The position numbers and the translations under genes were made by a program. Below are positions 26,498-36,095 of a stretch of DNA of 64,000 bases, piece after piece; within the stretch, counting starts at the first letter, position 1, and each line of letters starts with the position of its first letter. The notes below the pieces were generated by a model. The model worked only from the letters and a program-made list of their open reading frames with translations, was not told the DNA's origin and ran no database searches. The stretch is from sequence record MZ574432.2. One strand, written 5' to 3'.

Positions 26498-27153
26498 CCC
26501 CGACCCGCCGCCACCTCCTCGCCGCGATCGCTGCCACCCCGCTCCTGGGTTCGACCGCCCTGGCCGCGCCGGCCTTCAGCAACATTCGGCCCTCGACGAT
26601 CGAGGCCCTGCTGATCGATCGCGTCTCATCCGGCGACCTGACCTTCGTCGCCCGTAACCCGACCATGCTGGCTCTGGCGCGCGCCATGGCTGACGGCATG
26701 TACCTGACCCGCCAGAGCGTCACCACGCCGGGCGCGCCGCCGGTCTTCGACGTCACCAAGCTGGGCGTGCGCCACGGTCACTACCTCCTGGCCGAGCGCC
26801 TCTATGACGGCGCCGGCGGCAAGCGCGCGGCTCAACTGATGCGCGACTGCTACGCCCTGGCCAAAGCGCGTCAGAGCCTTCCCGTCGCCGAGCAGGTGAC
26901 GCTCGTGCCGCAGGCGCAGCGTAATCTCATCCAGCAGGTCCGCGACGGCGGTCGAACGATCCTGACCCTGGACCACGCCCGCGAGAACGACTGGCGAATG
27001 GCCCACCTGCGCGCGGGCAAGCTCCGTCCCTACGGCTACCTGATGACCACCAACTACTTCATCGTCGAGGCCACACCGGCCTTCCTGACGGAGAAGGGCA
27101 AGGCCCAGGCCAAGCGCATGGCCGAACTGCGAGCCCAACTGGGTCTGGCATGA
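26494..27153 (+). CDS. Tat-signal protein, paralog family member 1
   Basis: TRRHLL motif, AxA cleavage site, WRM.HLR.G.LRP motif. Confidence 0.7.
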   Translation: MTPTRRHLLAAIAATPLLGSTALAAPAFSNIRPSTIEALLIDRVSSGDLTFVARNPTMLALARAMADGMYLTRQSVTTPGAPPVFDVTKLGVRHGHYLLAERLYDGAGGKRAAQLMRDCYALAKARQSLPVAEQVTLVPQAQRNLIQQVRDGGRTILTLDHARENDWRMAHLRAGKLRPYGYLMTTNYFIVEATPAFLTEKGKAQAKRMAELRAQLGLA

Positions 27154-27461
27154 GCCGCGCCACCCACACCCTGGGCGCGCGGTACTACTACACCGTCGAG
27201 GCGACGGCGCGGCGCAAGAGCCCGACGGGCGGGGCCGACACCACGTGGCCGATCTTCCTGGCCGGCAGCCGCCATGTGCTGCACGGCTGGGCGCAGTCGC
27301 CGGGGCACCTGACCAGTTCGTTCCCCTTCCAGTTCCAGCGGCTGGAGGAGGCCAAGGCCGCCGCCTATGCGCCGGTCACCGGCTTCACCGTCGAGAACGT
27401 GGTCATCTCCCTGACCATCATCGAAACCAAGTCCACCACCAAGATCGTCGAGCACGTCTGA
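27150..27461 (+). CDS. Hypothetical protein (FxxLEEA family)
   Basis: HGW...FQRLEEAK. Confidence 0.65.
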   Translation: MSRATHTLGARYYYTVEATARRKSPTGGADTTWPIFLAGSRHVLHGWAQSPGHLTSSFPFQFQRLEEAKAAAYAPVTGFTVENVVISLTIIETKSTTKIVEHV

Positions 27462-27462
27462 T

Positions 27463-27801
27463 ATGACGACCCTTAATCCCCGCAAGACCGTCTCCGAGAC
27501 GAGCGAACACTATATCACCGTCAGGGCGCTCGCCCTCTTCGACAAGCCACGCGGCGAAGTCGGCTCCGCGCCGGTCGAGTACAAGGGCCGCGATGGACGC
27601 ATGGCCGGCTGGCGGCTGGACGAGCAGCCTTTCCTCGCCTTACGTGGTGAGCTTGAACCCTATCGCTTCAAGACCCTGGAGGAGGCCCAGCAGGTCGTCG
27701 CCAAAACGCAGGTCTCGGGCTTCAAGGTCATCGATGTCGTCTATCGTGAGCATCGGGTAACGACCGTCCGCTCCGTCGAGATCACCGAGCACCACGAATG
27801 A
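27463..27801 (+). CDS. Hypothetical protein (FxxLEEA family)
   Basis: AGW...FKTLEEAQ. Confidence 0.65.
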   Translation: MTTLNPRKTVSETSEHYITVRALALFDKPRGEVGSAPVEYKGRDGRMAGWRLDEQPFLALRGELEPYRFKTLEEAQQVVAKTQVSGFKVIDVVYREHRVTTVRSVEITEHHE

Positions 27802-28103
27802 ACCTCACTCCCTACAAGGTCGTGATCCGCCGCTACCAGCACGAGGGCTTGAACGGCGACCGCTCCACCCGCAAGGTTCCCTACTTCAACTACGAGGTGG
27901 TGGCGATCCGCGAGGACGGCATGGAGATGACCGGCAAGAAGCTCGACGGCTATGACGGCTTCCACTGCGCGCCGGCCTCCAACCGCCTCAAGGAGGCCGA
28001 GGACTTCGCCCTGGAACTGTCCGACTTCCTCCAGGCCGAATTGCTGCCAATGGAAACCTACCAGCCCTTCGTCACCACCTCCTGGAAAAAGGTCGAGTCA
28101 TGA
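27798..28103 (+). CDS. Hypothetical protein
   Basis: Coupled ORF. Confidence 0.7.
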   Translation: MNLTPYKVVIRRYQHEGLNGDRSTRKVPYFNYEVVAIREDGMEMTGKKLDGYDGFHCAPASNRLKEAEDFALELSDFLQAELLPMETYQPFVTTSWKKVES

Positions 28104-28795
28104 TCTCCCGCCGAACTCTTCTGCGCGCCGCCGGCGCCACCGCCGCGATCATCGCCCTGCCCGCCCACGCCGCCCTGCCGACCCTGGACGAGCGCATCGA
28201 CGCGATCCTGGCCAAGCACGTCCACAACGGCGACCTGGAGATCAGCGGCAAGGCCATCGATGGCGAGGTGATCGCCGCCATGGTCGAGGATTGGCTGATC
28301 GACCGGACCATCCTCTTCCACCGCGTCTGGGTGACGAGCGAGGGTAAGACGATCGCCGATCAGGTCTACAAGATCAACAGGCGCGGTATTGAGCGCGGGC
28401 AGATCGCCCTGGCCCATCGCCTGAGTCCACACGCCGGCATGCTGATGCGCACCGCGTTCGAACTGAACCAGAGCCCGCTGCGTCGCCAGAACTATCCCGA
28501 GGTGGCCCAGCGCGCCCGCAAGCGCGTCTTCACCGACCCGCCGATCGGCGGCGCCTTGCCCGTCGTCGTCCTGACGCCCGAGCAGGCCGAGGCCGGCGAC
28601 TGGCGCATGCACGCGCTGCGCAACGCCTATCTGCGCCCGGTGCGCTATGGCAAGACCCTGCTGGCCCTGGAGCGCACGCCGCTGGGCGTGGAATGGTTCG
28701 AGAGCCACGAAGCCTTCCTGAACCAAGTTCAGTCGGTCACCGCCCGCGTCTCCCATCAACACCCCAACCTTAGCTATGGCATCGGCAAGGCATGA
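28100..28795 (+). CDS. Tat-signal protein, paralog family member 2
   Basis: SRRTLL motif, AHA cleavage site, WRMHALR..YLRP...LERTP. Confidence 0.7.
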   Translation: MISRRTLLRAAGATAAIIALPAHAALPTLDERIDAILAKHVHNGDLEISGKAIDGEVIAAMVEDWLIDRTILFHRVWVTSEGKTIADQVYKINRRGIERGQIALAHRLSPHAGMLMRTAFELNQSPLRRQNYPEVAQRARKRVFTDPPIGGALPVVVLTPEQAEAGDWRMHALRNAYLRPVRYGKTLLALERTPLGVEWFESHEAFLNQVQSVTARVSHQHPNLSYGIGKA

Positions 28796-29082
28796 GCGAG
28801 CGCGAACTGGTCATCGTCGACAAGGAGCGCGAGATCGTCGAGCTTCTGGAAGGCGGCTATCTCTGGACGGTGCTGTCCTGGCGCGTCGATGACTATGCGC
28901 CGACCCTGATCGAGAAGTTCCAGAGCGCGGACTGGGCGATCGTCTGCGCCGAGCAGCGGGTCGCCGAAGGCTACCACCGGGTGGAGGCCTATCACGCCAT
29001 CGCCTTCTCATTCTGGACCGACGCGGTCGAACAGGAGCGGCTCTATCTGATGGAAGAACAGCGCCAAGAGGTATCTGGCTGA
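28792..29082 (+). CDS. Hypothetical protein
   Basis: Coupled ORF. Confidence 0.7.
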   Translation: MSERELVIVDKEREIVELLEGGYLWTVLSWRVDDYAPTLIEKFQSADWAIVCAEQRVAEGYHRVEAYHAIAFSFWTDAVEQERLYLMEEQRQEVSG

Positions 29083-29270
29083 TGGGACTCTTCGCCCTGC
29101 CCTATGATGTCAAGACGCGTCAGGAAGCCATCGACTGCCTGAAGGCCAACATCGCCATCTGGGACGACTACGCCGCCAAAGGCCAGGACCTGGACTATCT
29201 CCTGGGCTTCATGCAGGTCTCTCTCAACAAGGCCAAGGAGCTACCCTTCGTCGTGGAGCCCGCGTCGTGA
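29082..29270 (+). CDS. Hypothetical protein
   Basis: TGATG-coupled. Confidence 0.6.
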   Translation: MGLFALPYDVKTRQEAIDCLKANIAIWDDYAAKGQDLDYLLGFMQVSLNKAKELPFVVEPAS

Positions 29271-29461
29271 AGGCGCCGCCCCCGGTGGGCTATGTCGTCA
29301 CGGTCCACAAGTGCCAGGGCGGGACCTACGAAGACGTCGTCACCATCATGCCCGACGGCAAGACCCCGGTCGAACTCAGGATGGGTGAAGGCCTCATCCT
29401 GCGTGGCTGCGACTGGCTCCATCTCCACAACCCGCGAGACCTCCCATGCCCCTCGTCCTGA
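29267..29461 (+). CDS. Hypothetical protein
   Basis: GTGA-coupled. Confidence 0.55.
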   Translation: MKAPPPVGYVVTVHKCQGGTYEDVVTIMPDGKTPVELRMGEGLILRGCDWLHLHNPRDLPCPSS

Positions 29462-29856
29462 CCGATGAAGAACTGCGCTGCGCTTCGTCGTGGTTTGGCG
29501 CCTGCCAGGACCTGGGCGTCAGCTTCGAGAGCCCCGACGCCGAATTGGTGATCAAGCTCTACGAGCACCTGGGCATCCACGTGCCGTTCTCGGTCCGCGC
29601 CATGGTTCGCCCGCCCGAGCCGTTCGTCGTCTATTTCGAGGACTGCGACGCGTCCGTCGAGGAGGTCTACAGCCAGACCGACACCTTGGACTTGATCATC
29701 GCCCTGGGTGAGATCGCCCGCTTCAATCGTGTCGTGTCCCTGGGTCCCTACGCCTACCGGCTGGAGTGCGACATCGTCGCCCTGGAGGAGGTCCTGAACC
29801 ATCACCCCGACTGGTCGCTGACGACGCCCGACGCCTACAAGGCCATGACCGGATGA
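29446..29856 (+). CDS. Hypothetical protein
   Basis: GC3-rich ORF. Confidence 0.7.
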   Translation: MPLVLTDEELRCASSWFGACQDLGVSFESPDAELVIKLYEHLGIHVPFSVRAMVRPPEPFVVYFEDCDASVEEVYSQTDTLDLIIALGEIARFNRVVSLGPYAYRLECDIVALEEVLNHHPDWSLTTPDAYKAMTG

Positions 29857-30254
29857 GCACGGTCGACTGGTCCTTTGAGGACGGCCGGCGCGAGCAGGCT
29901 CAGCGCCGCGAGAAGTGGTTCCAGAACGTCCTGATCGACGCCAGCTATAACGACCTCGTGGGCATCGCCGATGCGCGCGAAGGCTTGCGAGGCCTCTGGC
30001 GCGATGGGCGGCTCTACTGGTGGAACCCGTGGCTGGCCACTCATGCCCAAGCCGGCCGCTGGCTTGGCAACGATGGCCGCCTCCTCGACGATGAGGTGGA
30101 GATGCACGTCGATGAGGACGGCATGCTACACCTGTCGGCCTGGACCTGGGAGACCTTGCACAAGGCCGAGGCCCATCCGTCCCTGGCCGAGCCCCAGACG
30201 CGCCGGTTTGTCAGACCCGCGCCGCCGCCAGAATGGGAGGTTGACGCGGCCTAG
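29853..30254 (+). CDS. Hypothetical protein
   Basis: ATGA-coupled. Confidence 0.65.
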   Translation: MSTVDWSFEDGRREQAQRREKWFQNVLIDASYNDLVGIADAREGLRGLWRDGRLYWWNPWLATHAQAGRWLGNDGRLLDDEVEMHVDEDGMLHLSAWTWETLHKAEAHPSLAEPQTRRFVRPAPPPEWEVDAA

Positions 30255-30270
30255 GTCATCGTGCGAGAAA
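30241..30270 (+). promoter_or_regulatory. Promoter, probably leaderless or short-leader
   Basis: TTGACG-N16-GCGAGAAA, ATG 9 nt downstream. Confidence 0.6.
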
Positions 30271-30279
30271 CCCGTTGCC

Positions 30280-31359
30280 ATGACCCTACCCGTCGACACC
30301 AAAGCCAAGCTCCTCACCCGCGACCAGTTTCGCGAGGCCGTGTTCGCGCGCGACGGCCATGCTTGCGTCTTCTGCAAGCGCCGCGCCGAGGACACGCCCG
30401 AGGGCAAGCTGGACGCCCACCACATCCTCGAACGCCGCCTCTTCCAGGCGCCCCACGAGAAGGGCGGCTACTTCCTGGGCAATGGCGCGACGGTCTGCGA
30501 GGACCATCACCGCCAGTGCGAGTCCACGCAAATCTCCACCGCCGAGGTCTATGCCGCCTGCGGCCTGACCAAGCGCATCCTGCCCGATCACCTCTACTCC
30601 GACTTCGAGTACGACAAATGGGGCAACTTCATCACGCCGTCTGGTGAGCGCCTGAAGGGCGAACTCTATGATGACGTGAGCGTCCAGAAGATCATGGCCG
30701 AGTGCGATCCGCCGATCGTCTTCAAGCCCTACGTCAAGTACCCGCGCACCAACCACCTGCCCTGGTCGCCCGGCATCAATGACGACGATCGGGTCCTGAA
30801 GGACTTGTCACAGTTCATCGGCCAGCGCGTGATCGTCACCACCAAGATGGACGGCGAGCAGACCAACATGTACCGGGACCACTACCATGCCCGGTCGGTC
30901 GAGAGCAGCCACCACGAGAGCCAGGGCTGGGCCAAGAACTTCTGGTCGCAGATATGCGGCGACATCCCCGAGGGCTGGCGTGTGTGCGGCGAGAACCTCT
31001 ACGCCAAGCACTCGATCGCCTACGACGACCTGCCCACCTACTTCATGGGCTTTGGCGTCTGGACCGAGGCCAATTACTGCCTGTCCTGGGACGAGACCAT
31101 GGTCTGGTTCGAGCTTCTCGGCGTCCAGCCCGTGCCGGTGATCTATGACGGCGTCTTCGACGAAGCGGCGATCAAGGCCCTCTATGACGAGAAGTCCTGG
31201 GAGACCTGCGAGGGTTATGTCATCCGGGTCGCCAGAGGCTTCCACTACGGCGAGTTCCGCTCCTGCGTGGGCAAGTACGTCCGCGCCGGCCACGTCCAGA
31301 CCACTAAGCACTGGAAGCATGGCCAGCGGGTCGAGAAGAACGGGCTGGTTAGCGCATGA
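30280..31359 (+). CDS. HNH endonuclease - RNA ligase fusion
   Basis: N-terminal RDGHACVFC..DAHHI..NGATVCEDHH; C-terminal YPRT.HLPWS, motif I TKMDG, GEN, EGYV, KYV. Confidence 0.85.
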   Translation: MTLPVDTKAKLLTRDQFREAVFARDGHACVFCKRRAEDTPEGKLDAHHILERRLFQAPHEKGGYFLGNGATVCEDHHRQCESTQISTAEVYAACGLTKRILPDHLYSDFEYDKWGNFITPSGERLKGELYDDVSVQKIMAECDPPIVFKPYVKYPRTNHLPWSPGINDDDRVLKDLSQFIGQRVIVTTKMDGEQTNMYRDHYHARSVESSHHESQGWAKNFWSQICGDIPEGWRVCGENLYAKHSIAYDDLPTYFMGFGVWTEANYCLSWDETMVWFELLGVQPVPVIYDGVFDEAAIKALYDEKSWETCEGYVIRVARGFHYGEFRSCVGKYVRAGHVQTTKHWKHGQRVEKNGLVSA

Positions 31360-32114
31360 GCAAGGGACCTCCGAGGCGCTTTGACCACGACGAGATGATC
31401 GCCCTCTGGCGGGCGGGGCACAACTCCATCGCCCTGGCCGCCCGCTATGGCGTCACGCCTAGCGCGATCAGTCGCGCCATCAGCCATGCCCGGAGCAAGG
31501 ACCCGACCATCCCTGGCCGCAAGCGTGTTGATCTCGACGCCGTGGTCGCCGCCTATAACGCCGGCGCCACCGAGGTGACCATCGCCAAGGACCTAGGCTA
31601 TTCCCTGGCCGTGGTTTATCGCGCTCTCGCCCAGGCCGGCGTGCCACTGCGTCCGCGCCCCGGCTCGGTCGATGTCCAGGCCGCCACCGACCTGCGCAAG
31701 CAAGGCCTGACGATCGACCAGATCGCCGACAAGCTGGGCGCCACGCGCCATGGCGTGCGTCGCGCTCTCACCCGTGCGGGCCTGACGGCGCGGCCTTCCC
31801 ACACCCACGCCGGTCCCCCTCCGCGCTTTGATCACGCCGAAGCCCATCGGCTCTATGCGGCCGGCGGGCACACCTTCGCGTCCCTGGCCCGCAGGTTCGG
31901 CGTCTCGCGCCAAGCCTTGCAGGACATGCTGGTGCGCAACTATGGCGTCACGCCCAAGCGGCGCACCTTCCGGCCCCTGGTCGACAAGGTCCGCAAGATC
32001 GATCCGTTCGAGGCCCGCACCCTCTATGCGACGGGTCAATGGACCTACCGCGCCCTGGCCGCCAAATACGACGTCACCTGCCGGGCGGTGGAGCGCGCCA
32101 TCAAGGGCGTTTGA
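31356..32114 (+). CDS. Five-repeat tandem HTH protein
   Basis: Five units of about 45 aa such as LAARYGVTPSAI, IADKLGATRHGV, LARRFGVSRQAL. Confidence 0.8.
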   Translation: MSKGPPRRFDHDEMIALWRAGHNSIALAARYGVTPSAISRAISHARSKDPTIPGRKRVDLDAVVAAYNAGATEVTIAKDLGYSLAVVYRALAQAGVPLRPRPGSVDVQAATDLRKQGLTIDQIADKLGATRHGVRRALTRAGLTARPSHTHAGPPPRFDHAEAHRLYAAGGHTFASLARRFGVSRQALQDMLVRNYGVTPKRRTFRPLVDKVRKIDPFEARTLYATGQWTYRALAAKYDVTCRAVERAIKGV

Positions 32115-32118
32115 TCCT

Positions 32119-32160
32119 GCAAGAAAGCTGTTGACAGCACTGTTGCCGCCGTGCTTTATG
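32119..32160 (+). promoter_or_regulatory. Phage promoter
   Basis: GCAAGAAAGCTGTTGACA at 32119-32136. Confidence 0.8.
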
Positions 32161-32194
32161 GCTCCAACGCAACAACGCAGAAGGAGCCGCCGTC

Positions 32195-32371
32195 ATGAAA
32201 ACCGCTGATCTGGGCCAAGGCTGGTGGGCCAACGCCAATGACGACGGCAGCTTCACGGTCCGCAATTTCGACAAGGGCCAGCGCATCAACCTGACGGCCG
32301 ACGAGGCCAAGCGCTTCGTCGAACTCTACCGCGAGGCCGAGGCGCAAGTCGTTCAAGGCGCCCAGTCGTGA
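32195..32371 (+). CDS. Small hypothetical protein (58 aa, not in ORF track)
   Basis: AAGGAG RBS; MKTADLGQGWWANA; GTGA-coupled to next gene. Confidence 0.7.
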   Translation: MKTADLGQGWWANANDDGSFTVRNFDKGQRINLTADEAKRFVELYREAEAQVVQGAQS

Positions 32372-32802
32372 AGATCGGCGTCAACGATCAGTTCTGGATG
32401 GAGCCCGTCCACGGCGGCTGGACGGTTCTGTTCCGCGCCGAGGCCGGCAATCAGAGCAACAGCGTGGAGGTCGCCCGCTTCTTGCTGGTCGACTATGCCA
32501 CCGCCGTGGCCTGCGAGAACTCGGCCGCGATGCTGCGCAACAAGCTCAACATCGCCCTCGACAGCGAGAAGGCCGTCTTCGTCGCCACGCCCAAGCCCTG
32601 GAATCCGCGCGGCAGCTACGCGGCCGGCGATCAGGTGACCTTCGAGAGCGAGGTCTACGAGTACGTCTCGCGCACGCCCCGCGACTTCAGCCAGGACGAC
32701 AAGGTCGCCATGGTCCCGAAGTATTCGGGCCTGTGGCAGGACGTCAAGAACGAGCGGGCGCTGGAATACGCCCGTAAGATGGTCGCGGACAACGCCCTCT
32801 GA
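32368..32802 (+). CDS. Hypothetical protein with CBM5/12-like motif
   Basis: WNPRGSYAAGDQVTFESEVY. Confidence 0.55.
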   Translation: MKIGVNDQFWMEPVHGGWTVLFRAEAGNQSNSVEVARFLLVDYATAVACENSAAMLRNKLNIALDSEKAVFVATPKPWNPRGSYAAGDQVTFESEVYEYVSRTPRDFSQDDKVAMVPKYSGLWQDVKNERALEYARKMVADNAL

Positions 32803-33059
32803 TGCCCAAGGCCTACAACCTCACGGGCGGTCTGAAGCTGGTGGTCGAGATGCGCGGTCAGTACACGATCACGCGCGCCGGCAAGACCCTGGGCAGCGGA
32901 TCGTTCTGGCGCGGCAAGAACGCGGCCGGCGACATCGCCACCTACTGCCGGGTCTGGGACCACAACAACGTCGATCTCGGCATCAACGCGGTCTACTTCA
33001 AGGACTTCAAGCGCGAGGTCGACTGGTACTGGACACACGGCGAAGGCAAGGACAGCTAG
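32802..33059 (+). CDS. Hypothetical protein
   Basis: TGATG-coupled. Confidence 0.65.
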   Translation: MPKAYNLTGGLKLVVEMRGQYTITRAGKTLGSGSFWRGKNAAGDIATYCRVWDHNNVDLGINAVYFKDFKREVDWYWTHGEGKDS

Positions 33060-33061
33060 TC

Positions 33062-33289
33062 ATGGGCGCCTACGATCTCAAGGAACTGATGGAGCGCCGC
33101 CGCCGGGCGCTGGTCGACGAGGCCGAGGCCCGCAAGGGCGATCCGTATTTCCAGGCCCTGGAGCGCGAGCGCATCGCCGACGAGATCGCCATGGGCCTGC
33201 GCAACGCCGACGGCGAATGGCTGTGGGCCGACACCCCCTCTTCCGACGAGGAGGAAGACGAAACCCTTCAGGACGAGGACGAAGAATGA
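33062..33289 (+). CDS. Acidic-tailed hypothetical protein
   Basis: In operon. Confidence 0.65.
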   Translation: MGAYDLKELMERRRRALVDEAEARKGDPYFQALERERIADEIAMGLRNADGEWLWADTPSSDEEEDETLQDEDEE

Positions 33290-33603
33290 ACCGCGAGCAC
33301 CCCCGCTTCAAGAAGACCTTCACCGTCGGCGACATGATCGACATGCTCCAGGCCCTTGACCGGAACCTGCCGCTGGGCATCTACAGTCCCAGCATGGGCG
33401 TGATGTTCCCGCCCCAGGTCAAGGCCGAGACGATCAACACGATCGGCTTCAAGTCCGAAGACGCGCGCGGACGGATCGGCTTCAACCTGCATGATCCGAC
33501 CGAACTGACCAATCCCATGCTGTGCGCCAAGACCGTGCGCAAGCTCAATGGCCCGCCCGTGCCGATCGTCCTGATCCACGCGCCCAAGGAATATGTGGGC
33601 TGA
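33286..33603 (+). CDS. Hypothetical protein
   Basis: ATGA-coupled. Confidence 0.65.
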   Translation: MNREHPRFKKTFTVGDMIDMLQALDRNLPLGIYSPSMGVMFPPQVKAETINTIGFKSEDARGRIGFNLHDPTELTNPMLCAKTVRKLNGPPVPIVLIHAPKEYVG

Positions 33604-33609
33604 TCACCC

Positions 33610-34656
33610 ATGGGCGACTGGAAGCAACAGCTTGTGGCCCAGGCCAAGGGCGCGCCCTTAGACATTGAGCCGCTGGAGGCTTCGCCGCCCAGGCCGCCCG
33701 CGCCGCAAACCTTGCGCCGGCGCCGCCCGATCCTGACCGACGCCGAGCGCCAGATGCTCGGGATCGGCGTGGGGCCGACTCCAAAACAACCCGGCGGCAA
33801 GCGGAAGTTCAAGACGCCCCGCACCCGTCCTTTCAAAGGTCCGCGCGCCTGCGTGCTGTTGGTCAGGGAGGCCAAGGTCCTGAATAAGAAACCGCGCATG
33901 GCCCGTCTGCGAGGCCAGAAGGTTCCGATGCTGGCGACCCGCACGCCGTTCAGCTACGACAAGGCCATGGACATGCGCGAAGCGGGAGTCTCGGTGCTGA
34001 ACATCGCCAAGGCGCTGGATGTATCGCCGCTGGCGATCCGGGCCTTCGTCAACACCTATGCCAGCCATGTCAAGGCCACGCGAGGCTCCAACCTTTCCGA
34101 AGAGGTTCAAGACCAGATCGTCAAGGCCTATGCGCAAGGCGGCGTCACCCAGGTCCAGGTGGCCAAGCAGTTTGGAGTCAGTGGCCCGACGGTCTGCAAC
34201 GTCATCCGGCGCCGCGCCCCTGGCTTAGGCAAGTCCATGCGGCGCTATGCCTTCCACCCCAATCGCAGACTGGACATCGAAGTGGCGGCTGCGGCCTACG
34301 AGGCTGGTCAGACCTTGCGCGAGATCGCCAAGGCCCAAGGGGTGTCACAGAACGCCGTCTACCTGAACCTGAAGACCTATGCGCCACAGGTGATGGAGGC
34401 AAAGCGCCTGGAGCGCGCCGCTGCTAAGGCGGCCAAAGAAGCACGGAAGCAGGCCAAGCTGAAAGCCAAGGAGCCAACCCTGGGCTATACCTTCAATGCG
34501 ACCCTGGCGATCCGCACCCTGCGCGCCGGCGGCTCGCGCCAAACCGTGCTCGACTATTTCAAGATCAGTCGGAGCACGCTGGCGCGGATGCTGAGCAAGG
34601 AAGCCCCCGACCTCTTGCGACCCAGGGTGGGCCGGCCGCCCAAAGAGACGCCGTGA
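33610..34656 (+). CDS. Four-repeat tandem HTH protein with basic N-terminus
   Basis: IAKALDVSPLAI, VAKQFGVSGPTV, IAKAQGVSQNAV, VLDYFKISRSTL. Confidence 0.75.
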   Translation: MGDWKQQLVAQAKGAPLDIEPLEASPPRPPAPQTLRRRRPILTDAERQMLGIGVGPTPKQPGGKRKFKTPRTRPFKGPRACVLLVREAKVLNKKPRMARLRGQKVPMLATRTPFSYDKAMDMREAGVSVLNIAKALDVSPLAIRAFVNTYASHVKATRGSNLSEEVQDQIVKAYAQGGVTQVQVAKQFGVSGPTVCNVIRRRAPGLGKSMRRYAFHPNRRLDIEVAAAAYEAGQTLREIAKAQGVSQNAVYLNLKTYAPQVMEAKRLERAAAKAAKEARKQAKLKAKEPTLGYTFNATLAIRTLRAGGSRQTVLDYFKISRSTLARMLSKEAPDLLRPRVGRPPKETP

Positions 34657-34777
34657 GGATGTGACGACCTGACAGGCGCCGGCCGATTGAAAGTGAGGCC
34701 GCGTCTGATTTGAAGCTTGAAGTCGCGAGCGGGTCGCCGAAGGCGGCGCGTGATGCGTCCATGAACGAGGAACCTGA

Positions 34778-35611
34778 ATGAACCAGACCGCTGAAACCAT
34801 GGCCCGCGCCGAGTATGAGCGCCTCGCGGCCATGGATATGTTCAAGTCCAATCCGATGCCGGCCTGGGAGTCTCTGCCCGAAAGCCAGCGCGGCGCGTGG
34901 ATCAGGCAGGCGGCCGAGAAGATCGAGCGCGAGCGTCCCCAGGTTCTGTCGCCCCTCGACCGCGACATCGTCGACCTGCTCCAGGAAGAGAGCGCCGAGG
35001 TCTTGGAAGAACTGACGCCGCACATGGCCGCAGCCATCGCCCGGATCGTCAAGCTGGCCAACAAGGCCAAGCGCTTCGGCAACGTCAAGAACCCGTTCGA
35101 GGGCGAGGACACCAAGCCCAACTACGAAAAGCTCGAAGACGAGATCGGCGACTTCGGCGCCCTGGTGGCGATCCTCTGCGCGCGTGGCGTGCTTTCCAAG
35201 ACGCGCATCAACGAGCGCATCGAGTGGAAGGTGGGCATGCTCAACACCCACGGCTCGATCGACTGGACCAAGGACGATCAGCCGGCCGCCGTCCCCGAAG
35301 ACCCTGCCGTCGTCCAGGCCCGCTACGAAGACAAGGCCGCCTACCAGGAGATGATCCTGCGCAAGGCCCTGACTGGCCAGTCCGCGCCGCACGAGGGCGT
35401 CTGGGTCGAAGCCCTGCGTCGGCTCAACGACTTCCTGGCCGAGGATACCCCGCCGCTGTCGACGGCCCTGGACCTGATCGGCCTGCGCAACAACTTCCTG
35501 GCGAACCGCGACTACAGCGAGATCGACCTGTTCGAGCAGGCCGTCGTCATGCTGCTGGCCAAGCTGAAGGACACCCATCCGGGCAACATCCTCGATCCGG
35601 CCGGCGCGTAA
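34778..35611 (+). CDS. MazG-like nucleotide pyrophosphohydrolase domain protein
   Basis: LQEESAEV...KAKRFG...KLEDEIGD acidic motif. Confidence 0.6.
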   Translation: MNQTAETMARAEYERLAAMDMFKSNPMPAWESLPESQRGAWIRQAAEKIERERPQVLSPLDRDIVDLLQEESAEVLEELTPHMAAAIARIVKLANKAKRFGNVKNPFEGEDTKPNYEKLEDEIGDFGALVAILCARGVLSKTRINERIEWKVGMLNTHGSIDWTKDDQPAAVPEDPAVVQARYEDKAAYQEMILRKALTGQSAPHEGVWVEALRRLNDFLAEDTPPLSTALDLIGLRNNFLANRDYSEIDLFEQAVVMLLAKLKDTHPGNILDPAGA

Positions 35612-35650
35612 GAAAACTGTTGACAACTTCTTGGGGCGGACGTAGAAGGG
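35608..35650 (+). promoter_or_regulatory. Phage promoter
   Basis: GTAAGAAAACTGTTGACA. Confidence 0.75.
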
Positions 35651-35675
35651 ACGCAACAGCAGCCCAGGAGACCTC

Positions 35676-36095
35676 ATGACCTACGCCCTGCCCGACCTCG
35701 CGAAGATCACCTTCCACGACAAGAAGGTCGAGCGGTTCGCCGAGTTCCTGATCGGCTGCATCAACATCGGCTCCGCCAGCATCCAGGGCTTCAAGACGGC
35801 TCTGGACAGCGACCCGTTCGCCGCCTGCGAGGACATCGCCAAGCTGAAGTTGGCCGCCGCCCGCCTACGCACCGCCAAGTGCTATCTGGAGCATGTCCTG
35901 GACCTCGCCGCAAACGGCCCGGACAAGACCTGGGCCTACATCGGCGCGATGATCCGCAAGGACCTGGACACCCGCGTCGTCTACGCCGCCAGTCGCCCGC
36001 CGCGCTCGTCCAACCCCGAGTCCGATGACATGGCGGCGGTGGAACTGCGCGCCCTGGCTGAACTGCTCAAGCGCTTCCAGGACGGTGAGTTCTGA
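35676..36095 (+). CDS. Hypothetical protein
   Basis: AGGAG RBS after promoter. Confidence 0.75.
   Translation: MTYALPDLAKITFHDKKVERFAEFLIGCINIGSASIQGFKTALDSDPFAACEDIAKLKLAAARLRTAKCYLEHVLDLAANGPDKTWAYIGAMIRKDLDTRVVYAASRPPRSSNPESDDMAAVELRALAELLKRFQDGEF

Noticed and set aside
34657-34781. ncRNA or uORF (MNEEPE) upstream of the MazG-like gene
   Set aside because: No recognisable RNA family features, promoter or SD.
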